Numbered from the stretch's first letter, positions 33,447 to 43,266 are shown. The stretch: 64,000 nt of DNA from an uncultured Verrucomicrobiae bacterium (GCA_963815455.1 CAWFGO010000003.1:512001-576000), one strand, 5' to 3'. Program-made: numbers and translations. Notes: a model not told the origin generated them from the sequence alone.

Positions 33447-34573
33447 GTGAGCCGGACGGTTCGACCGGGAACTTCAGCACGGTCACCTATTTTTATTATG
33501 ACGGCTGGGAATTGATCGAAGAGCACGATGCCAGTGCCACGTTGCTAGCCCGCTACATTCACGGCGCGCGCGAGGATGAACTGATCGCCAAGATCGACAG
33601 CTACGGCACGGTCTATTATCACACCGATGCCGAAGGCAGCGTCGCGGCGCTGACCAATTCGAGTGGCAACGTGATCGAGCGATATAAGTACGATGCGTTC
33701 GGCAAAGCGACGATTCTCGACCCCTCGTCACTCGTCACTCGTCCCTCGTCACTGTTTGGCAATCGTTTCCTGTTTACCGGCCGCGAATGGTTGCCCGACC
33801 TCGGCCTGTACGATTACCGGAATCGCGTTTATTCACCCGAGCTTGGCCGGTTTCTCCAAACTGATCCCAAAAGCTTCGACGCCGACCCGAGCAACCTCTA
33901 CCGGTATTGTGGGAATGATTCATTGGATCGGACCGATCCAATGGGGCTACAGGACGAAAGTTCTTCAGGATATGTGAATCAGTTTTACCGGCAGTCTGAA
34001 CACATGAGCGCAACTGAAATCCTAAGCATGTGGGACCGGCTAGAACGGAGCATGCCGCTCACCATGGGGCAAACAGCAGCCATTAACGAGCAAAAGGCAA
34101 TGGGTGAAGCCGCTGCGCGAGATCGAGAGGGAGTCCAAGCTACCCAAAGATGCATGGACAAAATGGGCGATGCCAAAGCCGGAGTTCCTCGTTCGCAGGT
34201 AGTGCTTATTAATAGCAAGGGCGAGAAAGTTTACAGCGATATCGTGGCGGGGGAAAAACACGGCAAGGGATTCACTGAATCAATCCCATTGGGCCCCGAT
34301 TATTTTGAAGCGTTTAGGTCTGGTGCACAAAAATGGGATCCAAAGAAATGGAGTGTATACGTCATCGGTCACACTCATCCTGATGAGAAATCGGCTGATC
34401 CCCGGATGAGCGGAAAAGATCGGTCTATCTCCCGAAAAGAAAACGCTCCGGTTTACAAGAACCACTTTAACAGCAGTACCATTTTCGATAAGTTTTTCAA
34501 CGGTCGGGAAACTCGGCTAAAAATCGACCGCGGAAACATTAAGGATGTCGGGCCGGATCCAGATTGGCAATGA
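33447..34573 (+). CDS. orphan Rhs module 3 (short core plus CT3 with JAB/MPN-like HxH motif)
   Basis: Similarity to Rhs1 from about 33447; DPMGL; CT contains VIGHTHPDEKSADPRMSGKD. Confidence 0.85.
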
Positions 34574-35244
34574 AAAGACTATTCGTGAGTATAATTTTTG
34601 CGGCGTTAGCAACAGTGGACGCGGCGAGCGCTGCCGAGAAGAAGTCCGATTATCTCGAACCTGTCTTTCGCGACGATCCACTTAACAATAAGCATCTGGA
34701 GCTTGTCACTACCAAGCTCGGAATCACGCCGTTTGATTATGGTAGGCTAATCACAATCCCTTCGTTCGTACCAGAAAGTTGTCTATCGATGTATTCAACT
34801 GTCAAAAGCGACGGGAGAAAGTACTATGTCACATATACTGAAGCCACGTCTTACCTAAGGCGACTAATTTCATTAAGAAAAAAGTCGAAAGAAGATGAAG
34901 GAACTCACGTCAAGAGATTTGACGCCGAAATTTCCAAGGAGACTGCGGAGAAGGTGCGACAGATATGGATGCAAATGCTGAAACAGAAGCGCGTTAGGCC
35001 GCCTTGGAACGAGGTACAGGATCCCATCTTGGAATTTTCGATTCAGAGGTCGGGCAAGCCGCTTCTTGAGGCTCAACTAACGATGCCACCGCTCGGCCCG
35101 AAAACTGAAGCATTGGTCAAGCTGAGCGACGCTCTCTCCGAGTATGCGCAAGCTCCGAATGACCAAAAAGCTCGTGCGATTGGGGAGCAAGCAAAACGGC
35201 TCCTCGAAATGTTGAAACAAGGTCGGGAGAAGGGGTCAGAGTAG
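34570..35244 (+). CDS. exported protein, putative immunity for Rhs-CT3
   Basis: ATGA overlap with the CT3 stop; signal peptide MKRLFVSIIFAALATVDAASA. Confidence 0.65.
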   Translation: MKRLFVSIIFAALATVDAASAAEKKSDYLEPVFRDDPLNNKHLELVTTKLGITPFDYGRLITIPSFVPESCLSMYSTVKSDGRKYYVTYTEATSYLRRLISLRKKSKEDEGTHVKRFDAEISKETAEKVRQIWMQMLKQKRVRPPWNEVQDPILEFSIQRSGKPLLEAQLTMPPLGPKTEALVKLSDALSEYAQAPNDQKARAIGEQAKRLLEMLKQGREKGSE

Positions 35245-35333
35245 GGTTGCCCTGATTGTACGGACCCGCCTTCGAGGCTGCGGCGCGGCAAGCAGTGGGC
35301 TAAGGGTCAATTCAGTTCAGATGGTTGGCTCCC

Positions 35334-35539
35334 AATCTGCGTAAATCTGCGAAATCTGCGGTCAGAAACGTTCCTGAGTTCATGCTTTCCTTAGCGATTC
35401 AGAATCCGGTGTAATTCGATGACGCAATGTGTCCTCGCGAGGTCCTTCGGCCGCAAGGCGGCCTCAGGATGACAGAAAGGAAGTGTGGCGCCTTTGGCGC
35501 ATGAAGTTTTAGCAACGCGCTCGGAGATCGCGTTCCACC
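35334..35539. repeat. cluster of small repeats (AATCTGCG x3, half GTCATCC element, GTGG-type REP)
   Basis: aatctgcgtaaatctgcgaaatctgcgg; ...ggcctcaggatgacag; gcaacgcgctcggagatcgcgttccacc. Confidence 0.6.
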
Positions 35540-35602
35540 TGCGGAGCGAAGGGCCCCTTTTCTAGGGCGTGGGGGCTTCGGGGTCAGTGGAGGCTTCCGG
35601 GG

Positions 35603-36982
35603 TCAGAGCTTACTATCGACAGTGGTGGCCACCATTCCTTGCGCGTCCTGGACAACGGGTACGTGCGCGATCGACTCGTCCATTTCGGTGCGGAGGCGCC
35701 GGCCCCAGACGTAGCGCGTTAATAGCACTTTAAGTGTGGCGGTTAGCGGCACAGCTACAATGGGTCCCAGCAGGCCGCCGATGAGCAAGCCCCAGACGAA
35801 AATCGACACGATCACCGTCATCGGGTGCAATCCGACATAGTTTCCGACGATGCGCGGTGCGTAAAACATTCCTTCGAGATTTTGGATCACCACAAAAATA
35901 AGCGTGACCCACAGCGGCCACCAGCCGCCGAATTGAAAAGCAGCGATGAGCACCGCCGGCACCCAGCAAATAACGATGCCGATGTAGGGAATCATGGTCA
36001 GGATCGCGACCATCACGCCGATCAGCGGCGCGAAGCTGAGCCCGATAATGCTGAGGGCGCTGCCGATCAGGACACCATCCACCATGCAAACGAGCAACTG
36101 CCCGCGAAAATACGCGATGATGTAGTAATTGATCTGCGCTAAAACGTCTGCCACTTCATCTTTGAAGGGTGAAGCGCGCAGCGGCAGATATTCTCTCCAA
36201 CTCCTGGAAATGCGCGGGCTCTCCTTTAAAAAGAAAAACAGATAGATCGGCACGAGGATGAGACTAAGCAAAAATCCAGTGATCCCGAGGAATCCGCCGA
36301 TACTTGTCTTGACCAGGTTCCAAAACTTTTCCGCCAGGGTTGGAACATAACGCTCCAGATTTGGAATCTGCTTTTCCACGTAAGCCTGGATGCGTTGGCG
36401 GTCCTGCGATGAAATTTTGGATGGAGTCGGGCCAATGGCTTCTTCGGACGCAGATGTGATCTCCGGCGCCGGAGGTGGACTACTCTCTGGCGACGGGTTC
36501 GGGGAGGGCGTGCCGAGAAGCCAGTTCACCACACTGGCGGTGGGCGATCCAGTCTTGCCATGCGATACCGTGGTTGCCGCGGCGATGTTTCGATTGAATT
36601 GGACCAGAAGATCGACAACGTAATCGCGCGCTTTTTGAGTGTAGGCCGGAAGTTCCTTTGCGAAATTGCTGCTCTGCACCGAGATGGTCGGCCCGAGCCA
36701 CCAAACGAATCCGCCGGTGGCCAGAAAGACGAGCAGAAATATGAACACGATTGCCGGCGTTCGCCCCATCCCGCGCTTGCTCATTCGCGTCACCAACGGG
36801 TCTAGCAAATAGGCAAGGATCGCGGCAATGGCCACCGGGATCAGGATCGGCTGGAGAAAACTCATGACGCTGGCCGTTGCCCAAACCACCGCGCAAGCCG
36901 TGACCACAATGAAGACAACGAAGAACACCGTGAGCGCGGCCCACATCGTCTTTTTCTGCCACGGCGTCGGATAATTGCTCAT
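35603..36982 (-). CDS. AI-2E family transporter
   Basis: LAYLLDPLV, YFRGQL, IPYIG, PRIVG...LHP, AVPL. Confidence 0.9.
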   Translation of the reverse strand: MSNYPTPWQKKTMWAALTVFFVVFIVVTACAVVWATASVMSFLQPILIPVAIAAILAYLLDPLVTRMSKRGMGRTPAIVFIFLLVFLATGGFVWWLGPTISVQSSNFAKELPAYTQKARDYVVDLLVQFNRNIAAATTVSHGKTGSPTASVVNWLLGTPSPNPSPESSPPPAPEITSASEEAIGPTPSKISSQDRQRIQAYVEKQIPNLERYVPTLAEKFWNLVKTSIGGFLGITGFLLSLILVPIYLFFFLKESPRISRSWREYLPLRASPFKDEVADVLAQINYYIIAYFRGQLLVCMVDGVLIGSALSIIGLSFAPLIGVMVAILTMIPYIGIVICWVPAVLIAAFQFGGWWPLWVTLIFVVIQNLEGMFYAPRIVGNYVGLHPMTVIVSIFVWGLLIGGLLGPIVAVPLTATLKVLLTRYVWGRRLRTEMDESIAHVPVVQDAQGMVATTVDSKL

Positions 36983-36995
36983 TACATTTCAGGCC

Positions 36996-38787
36996 CTACT
37001 TAATCGGATTGGGAATAGGTGACTGGCCTTTGCTGACCTTGGTTTTGGCGTTGTCGATCTTCTCGGCCAGCTTTTTGTTTTCGGGGTCGATAATGAGCGC
37101 TTTCTGCCACGCTTCCAAGGCTTGCGGCACGCGATTGAGCTCCAAATAGGTATCGCCCAAGTGATCGAATACGACGGAATCGTCGCGCGACATGTTCTCC
37201 GCCGCGCGCTGCAAATCGGTTGCGGCCTGCTCGAATTTCCCCTGTCGATACTCGACCCACCCCAGGCTGTCGAGATAAGCGCCGTTATCCGGCTCCGCCT
37301 CCAGCGCGCGCCTGATCATCTGCTCGGCTTCATCGAGATGCATATTGTGCTCGGCCCACATGTAACCGAGATAATTGCAGGCGTCCGCCGAATTGGCCGG
37401 ATCGAGCGCGATCGACTTGCGAAATAAATCCGCGGCCTTCTCGTACAAGCCCGGCCTGCTCCGCCGTTGCGCCGTACTGGAAATAGAATTTCGCGTTTAC
37501 GATTTCGTTGTCTTCCAACTCGGCTTCGTGCAGGGCTTCGGCAAAAGTGGCCAGGGCTTGCTGCGTCTGTTTGGATTCGCGCTGGGCCAGGGCCAGATAA
37601 TAAGCGATTTCCGGCGCGCCCGGGAACCGGTGGCGCGCTTCTGTGAGAACTTTCACCGCGCGCTCCGGATCTTTTACCGGGCCGAGGAGTAATTCCGCCA
37701 GGCGCAAGTAAGTCGTCGCTCGACTTGGGTTGATCAGCACGCACTGCTCGTAGTTGGCCGCCGCTTTCGCAAACGCGGCCTTTGCCTGCTCGGGTTGGTT
37801 TTCCCGCTGGGCCGCTCGCCCTTCATCATCCAGGACCTGGGCCAGCAATTCGTAGGACTGATATTTCTCCGGCTGCGTCTTGATAATCTGCTCCAGCATC
37901 TCGACTGCTTTGGCCCGCTGATTGGTCAGGACAAAGCCGGTCGCGAGTTTCTCCCGGGCATTGGCGTCGTCCGGTTGCAGTTCGAGCACGCGAAGATAAA
38001 GGGGGATTGCTTCATTGATTTGCTGCGAGGCGGCATAAAAATCCGCGACGTCCTTCAAAACCGACGGGTCATCCCCCGCGTGTTCGGCCGCTTTTTTGAA
38101 AATCGCGCTTACCCGTTCGATGTCCGCCGGTTTTTGGTCTGCATCAGTCTTGAAAAGAACGGCGGCGTAAAGTTTTCCGAGCTGCGCCCAGAAAGTCGGA
38201 TCGTCGTTTTGCACCTTCAGCGCTCGATCCAGCGACTGGAGCGCTTTTTTCTCTTCTCCCGCCGCCAGCTCGATTTCGAAAAGGCGTTGGTAAGCATCGA
38301 TGTTGCGCGGGTCGAGGTTAATGGCGCGGTTCGCATAATCGACCGCCTGATCTGTTCGTTTCAGATATTTCGCGTAAATGAAAGCGAGCTGAAGATAAGG
38401 ACCGGAATCTTTCGGGTTGGCCTTGATCGCGTCCTTCAGCACATCGATTGCCTGGGGAAAACTATCCTGCTTCGAAAGCAGGGTGGCGACTTGGACCGCA
38501 AGCTCCGACTGGCCAGGATCGACATTGAGCACTTTGCGGTAGGCCTCGAGCGCTTTGTCCACTTCGCCATTTTCTTCAAATGACCTTCCCTCGACAAAAT
38601 GAGCCAGGGCATCGGCCTGGCGCCCCCCCTCGGGACGAAGAGCCAAATCTTTGGCCGCGACAACGTTAAACGAATCGTCCTGGCGCTGGCTGGTTCCCCG
38701 CGGGCTCCGTGCGGCCGCACCATTGACCAAAAGGACCAGGCCACAAAGAAAATAGCCAAAAAAACGGAGACCCCGGCGCCTGGTCAT
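36996..38787 (-). CDS. exported TPR protein (frameshift near 37450)
   Basis: Many TPRs; NYLGYMWAE and AYLDSLGWV in the C-terminal piece. Confidence 0.85.
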
Positions 38788-39094
38788 GCATTCGAGTGTA
38801 GCTGGAGCCGGGCCATTCGCAAACCAGCTTGCGCTGCCTAACAATGCGTTGGCCGCAAGCCGGCGCTTACGCCTTGTAACGCAAGCGCTTCTTGTGGCGG
38901 CTCGCTCGCATGCGCTTGCGGCGTTTATGTTTGGAAATTTTCGCTTTACGTCGTTTTTTGAGAGATCCCATATCAGAAGTCGAAAGTCAGATGTCGATCC
39001 AAGCATCTAACCCGCGCGGGCGCAACCTCCTTCTTTTCCACAACGTTCGCGCTGCCGGCCATGTCGCGGCGCTGACTTTGCCGAAAGATCGACA

Positions 39095-40021
39095 TCAGAC
39101 GTTGTCTTCCGGCGCGAGATTACATTCGTGGTCGAGCGTTTCGAATTGCAACGTGGCGTGGTGAATCTGGAATTGGTCGCGCAAATCCCGGGCGGCTCTG
39201 TTCAAGAGAGAACAATCGCAATCATTCACATCTCGCACCAAATGGGCGGTGAGCGCGGTCTCGGTCGTGCTCATGGGCCAGATATGAAGATCGTGCACCG
39301 CCGTCACGTGCGGAAGATCGGTCAGATATTTTCGCACATCGCGAATCTCAATTCCTCGCGGAACGGCTTGCAGGGCAAGGTCGATGGAATCGCGGAGCAG
39401 ACCCCACGTCCCCCAAATGATAGCAGCCGCGATGAGAAGACTAACCACCGGATCGATCCAATGCCAGCCGGTTGCCAGAATCGCAAATCCAGCCAGGACG
39501 ACTCCGAACGAAATTACCGCATCGGCCGCCATGTGCATGAACGCGCCTCGAATATTCAAATCGCGTTTGCGTCCCGACATGAACATCAACGCGGTCGCGC
39601 CATTAACGAGGATCCCGATGGCAGCGATCCAAATCACCGTCGGAGCAACGACTTCAATGTGCACTCGAAATCGATGAATCGCTTCCCAGGCAATCGCGCC
39701 CACGGCAACCAGCAAAAAGATTGCGTTAAACAGGGCCGCGAGAATCGTTGTGCTTCGCCAACCGTAGGTGCGCCGTTCCGTCGGCGCTCTTCGCGCCAGA
39801 GCGCTGGCCGCCCATGCCAGCACCAGCCCGAGAACATCGCTAAGGTTGTGGCCGGCGTCGGCGATCAGCGCCAGCGAATGAGCGAAGATGCCGAAGATGA
39901 CCTGAATGACGACGAAAAGAACGTTCAGCGTCACGCCGACAGCGAAAGCGGCGCCAAAATTCCCCAGGCCTTGACCGCATAGCCCCGCGGCATTGATCCG
40001 GTCGTTGTCCTGGTGATTCAT
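39095..40021 (-). CDS. cation diffusion facilitator (CzcD/ZitB-like)
   Basis: ALIADAGHNLSD, NIRGAFMHMAAD, VHDLHIW, HATLQFE. Confidence 0.92.
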   Translation of the reverse strand: MNHQDNDRINAAGLCGQGLGNFGAAFAVGVTLNVLFVVIQVIFGIFAHSLALIADAGHNLSDVLGLVLAWAASALARRAPTERRTYGWRSTTILAALFNAIFLLVAVGAIAWEAIHRFRVHIEVVAPTVIWIAAIGILVNGATALMFMSGRKRDLNIRGAFMHMAADAVISFGVVLAGFAILATGWHWIDPVVSLLIAAAIIWGTWGLLRDSIDLALQAVPRGIEIRDVRKYLTDLPHVTAVHDLHIWPMSTTETALTAHLVRDVNDCDCSLLNRAARDLRDQFQIHHATLQFETLDHECNLAPEDNV

Positions 40022-40046
40022 GTCGATCCTTTTGCCTGATCGGGCG

Positions 40047-40781
40047 CTATTTTTCGAAGAGAATAATCAGCACGCCCACGACAGAGAGCAATACGCCCAT
40101 TAATCCGAGCTCGTACTTCTCCAAGAGACCAAGGTTGATCCGACGCAGGCCCGCCAGGGTAAGCGAAGTGAAAATGATCATGCCCGCGACCGTAGCGATG
40201 GACAGGATCGCTGTGAGCAGCACAAATCCCAGCCACCCGTATCGGATGCCATAAACATAAAACGGGACGAAGCTTTCGCACGGCGAGAAAGTCAGCAGCG
40301 CCAGCAAACTGGTGATGGCAATCCGATCCGACACCGGTGGCGGTAACTCACTGATGGACGGCAATTCCAAAGCATGGTCGTGATCGTGTTCGATCAGGTG
40401 ATGTGCGGCGTGCACCGCCGGATTTTCGCCAATGGCACGACTATGCCCGTGAACTTTGCCCATCATTTGACGATACAAATAGAACAGTCCACAGGAGAGC
40501 AGCGCGCCTCCGGCGATTCGCGGAAACCAACTTCCGATTTTTTCGTGAATCGCAAAGCCGAAGAGCGTAAGAAGAAATCCTAAAGCGGCGGTAAACAACA
40601 CGTGACAGCTACCAGCCAGCGCGGTGATAGCGAGCGTCTTGGAGTGATTCCATCGTTGAGCCCGAGCGGTGAGCACGAACGGCAGCCAATGCGTGGGAAT
40701 GGCGGCGTGGAAAAATGCGACGCCAAAGCCGCTGATGGCGATGGTGGTGAGAACCGCCTCGTCGATTGCATTAGTGTTCAT
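40047..40781 (-). CDS. Ni/Co transporter-like membrane protein
   Basis: HAAIPTHWLP, a His-rich loop, and an SPC motif. Confidence 0.65.
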   Translation of the reverse strand: MNTNAIDEAVLTTIAISGFGVAFFHAAIPTHWLPFVLTARAQRWNHSKTLAITALAGSCHVLFTAALGFLLTLFGFAIHEKIGSWFPRIAGGALLSCGLFYLYRQMMGKVHGHSRAIGENPAVHAAHHLIEHDHDHALELPSISELPPPVSDRIAITSLLALLTFSPCESFVPFYVYGIRYGWLGFVLLTAILSIATVAGMIIFTSLTLAGLRRINLGLLEKYELGLMGVLLSVVGVLIILFEK

Positions 40782-40856
40782 GCTCGTAATCGTGATGCCC
40801 ATTGAGCATGACCATGATCAGGAGCATGAGCACGAGAAAAATCGGGCTGAACCCTC

Positions 40857-40987
40857 TGTCATCCCGAGCGCAGCGAGGGAGCTCACAACCGTACTTCGAC
40901 CAACCGAGCAATAGTGAATCCAGTCCGCATCCTTGCTCCCGAATGTTGCCTTCGCTCGCGGGTTCCTTCGCTTCGCTCAGGATGACA
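40857..40987. repeat. GTCATCC-family palindromic element
   Basis: TGTCATCCCGAGCGCAGCGAGGGA...CCTTCGCTTCGCTCAGGATGACA inverted ends. Confidence 0.85.
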
Positions 40988-41037
40988 TGCATGTTATCCC
41001 GCTTCTCACATGGACCCTGCCATCCAAATTCAAAAAA

Positions 41038-41090
41038 TCGGGCTGGTGGGATTTGAACCCACGGCCTGTCGCCGCGGCGGCGACCGCTCT
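41038..41090 (-). repeat. partial tRNA-Pro copy with replaced anticodon arm
   Basis: 41038-41067 is identical to the tRNA 3' 30 nt (41361-41390), followed by a different 5-bp stem/7-nt loop and the conserved AGAGCG. Confidence 0.9.
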
Positions 41091-41091
41091 C

Positions 41092-41334
41092 CTAGGGTAG
41101 GCTCGATCTGTCGAGTTCGTCACGACCGTGTCCGGTTTTATTATGGCGCTCTCTCTTGAGCGCTTCCGTACACGTTGGAAAACTCTCGGCGTGGACGAGC
41201 ACCCATGGCACGCCTTGTTTCGTTGCCTTTGAATGCCCGGCGTTGTGTCGCCTAAGCCGATCATCGAGATCTTCGCACGATCCGACATAACGCCGTCCGC
41301 TGCTGGCGCTCCGCAGAACGTAGACATGAAACAT
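41092..41334 (-). CDS. small GIY-YIG nuclease
   Basis: MFHVYVLRS...RYVGSCEDLDDRLRRHNAG...W.LV..E...ALKRE; 80 aa. Confidence 0.9.
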   Translation of the reverse strand: MFHVYVLRSASSGRRYVGSCEDLDDRLRRHNAGHSKATKQGVPWVLVHAESFPTCTEALKRERHNKTGHGRDELDRSSLP

Positions 41335-41360
41335 GAAGCTTGGGGCCAAAATCCTAGCTA

Positions 41361-41434
41361 TCGGGCTGGTGGGATTTGAACCCACGGCCTCCTGCACCCG
41401 AGGCAGGCGCTCTACCAAGCTGAGCCACAGCCCG
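41361..41434 (-). tRNA. tRNA-Pro (CGG), CCA not encoded
   Basis: CGGGCTGTGGCTCAGCTTGGTAGAGCGCCTGCCTCGGGTGCAGGAGGCCGTGGGTTCAAATCCCACCAGCCCGA. Confidence 0.96.
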
Positions 41435-41535
41435 TTCCAGCGAAACGACGCAGCGCACTCTACTCATGCGCCCGTTGCAATCGCGGCGTCACTCTTCGCC
41501 TGTTTTGATGTCGATGGCAAGCCGCCACCGGCGAA

Positions 41536-43266
41536 TTAAGCCAGGACCTCGCTCCGGCCCTCCACCTCTTTTCGCCCAGCCTCACCCTTGCTTTCCAGCA
41601 GGCCTTCGGTAGCTGCGCGAACCGCTTCCAAGAGATCGGCGCCTTCCCGTAGCCGCGGCAGACTGACGTAATCCGCCCCAGCGGCATAGCTGGCCCGCGC
41701 GGCCTCAAAGGTCTCGGCTGTGACAATAATTTTCGCCTCCGGATTCAACCGGCGCAGCACGCGCACGAGTCGCTCGTTATTAACTCCCTTGAGGTAAGTG
41801 TCGGGCACAGTGCTGACGAGCACCTCGGCCTTGTCCACGCCGGCGTGAACCAGGGTGTCCCGCTGGCTGATGTCGCCGTAGATCACGGGCACTTCTTTGG
41901 CGAGCAGACCAGCTCGAGCTGCCGGGCTAAAGTCGACCACCGCAATTTGGGACAGCAAATCGGGCTCGTGACGTCCAAGCTCCTCGAGCAACGAACTGGC
42001 GCTGCGAAAAAAGCCGAGAAAAAGGATCCGCGCGCCAAGAGCGTGACTTTGTCCGGCGCCGTGCCCCTCGACATGCCCGGCGTCCAAGTCACGCAGCCCG
42101 CGTTTCTTGAGGAAACGAACGAGTCGCGGCGTGAGACTATCGCTCTTCGATATCGCGAAAGTAGAAATGGCGGCCAAAAGCACGAAAGCCAGCGCAGTCA
42201 GACCGGAGGTCGCCGGATTGGCAAAATGGCCTGAAGCCGCGCCGAGGGCGATAATGACCAATGAGAATTCGCTAATCTGGCTAAGGTTGATTCCCGGCAG
42301 GACGCTGAGCCGCAGTCCCTGCCGAAGCGCGTAAAGCGGCACAAAAACCGTGAGCAACCGGCTGGCCATAACGAACCCGGCCATGACAAACGCCCAGCCA
42401 ATCAGCGTGCCTGAAGGCATCGGGATTTGCATCCCGAGTCCGACAAAGAATAGCGTTACGAAAAAATCGCGCAGGCTGGTCACTTTCGCCGTCACGTCGA
42501 GCGCATAGGGGAACGTCGAGAGCGCCACGCCGGCGACCAGAGCCCCCATTTCCCGCGAGAGATGAAGTTGCGCGCCGAATTCGCCGACCAGAAAACACCA
42601 GGCGATCGCGCCCACTTGCATCAGTTCCGGCAGGCGCGCCACACTGTGAAAAAGCGTCGGTAGAACAAACCGGCTCACGCCCAGCGTCACCAAAACGAGC
42701 AACCCAGCCCGGGCAAAGCTGCCAAAAAGCACGCTGGTCTGGAGATTCCCCAAGTTCGGTTGCACGGCGAGAAAAAGAATCGCCGCCAGATCCTGCAGCA
42801 CGAGCACGCCCAGCGTAATGCGGCCGCCCAGCGTATCGAGTTCCTGTTTTTCGTAGAGAATCTTTACGATGATGACCGTGCTGCTTAGCGCCGCGGCCAT
42901 TCCGAGATAAAGCGCATCCCATTTACCGCCACTAAGCGGAAAACCGCATAGCCAAAAAAATCCAACGCCGAGAACGACGCCGCCGATGATTTGCACCCCG
43001 GCCGTCAGCGTGATGCTGCTTCCCGCGCTCACGATTTTTTTCAGGTCGATTTCGAGCCCGATCATGAACAGCAGAAAAATCAGCCCCAGTTCGGAAATCG
43101 TGGCCACGGACTCGTGCGACGAAACCCAATGCAACCCATGCGGCCCCAGGACGAAACCGCCTACCAAATAAGCGAGCAGGACCGGTTGCCGGAGCCAGTT
43201 TGCCGCCAGACCGAACAACCACGCCGCCAGGACGCAAAATGTAATGTCGCGGATGATTTCGTGCAT
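41536..43266 (-). CDS. CPA2 cation:proton antiporter with C-terminal RCK/TrkA-N domain (Kef-like)
   Basis: LLFMIGLE, LSST, LVLQD, LSQISEF; C-terminal VIYGD...AGADYV. Confidence 0.9.
   Translation of the reverse strand: MHEIIRDITFCVLAAWLFGLAANWLRQPVLLAYLVGGFVLGPHGLHWVSSHESVATISELGLIFLLFMIGLEIDLKKIVSAGSSITLTAGVQIIGGVVLGVGFFWLCGFPLSGGKWDALYLGMAAALSSTVIIVKILYEKQELDTLGGRITLGVLVLQDLAAILFLAVQPNLGNLQTSVLFGSFARAGLLVLVTLGVSRFVLPTLFHSVARLPELMQVGAIAWCFLVGEFGAQLHLSREMGALVAGVALSTFPYALDVTAKVTSLRDFFVTLFFVGLGMQIPMPSGTLIGWAFVMAGFVMASRLLTVFVPLYALRQGLRLSVLPGINLSQISEFSLVIIALGAASGHFANPATSGLTALAFVLLAAISTFAISKSDSLTPRLVRFLKKRGLRDLDAGHVEGHGAGQSHALGARILFLGFFRSASSLLEELGRHEPDLLSQIAVVDFSPAARAGLLAKEVPVIYGDISQRDTLVHAGVDKAEVLVSTVPDTYLKGVNNERLVRVLRRLNPEAKIIVTAETFEAARASYAAGADYVSLPRLREGADLLEAVRAATEGLLESKGEAGRKEVEGRSEVLA

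Noticed and set aside
41038..41434. Prophage or integrative island att sites at the tRNAs
   Set aside because: The duplicated ends are only 145-323 bp apart and no integrase or phage genes are present.
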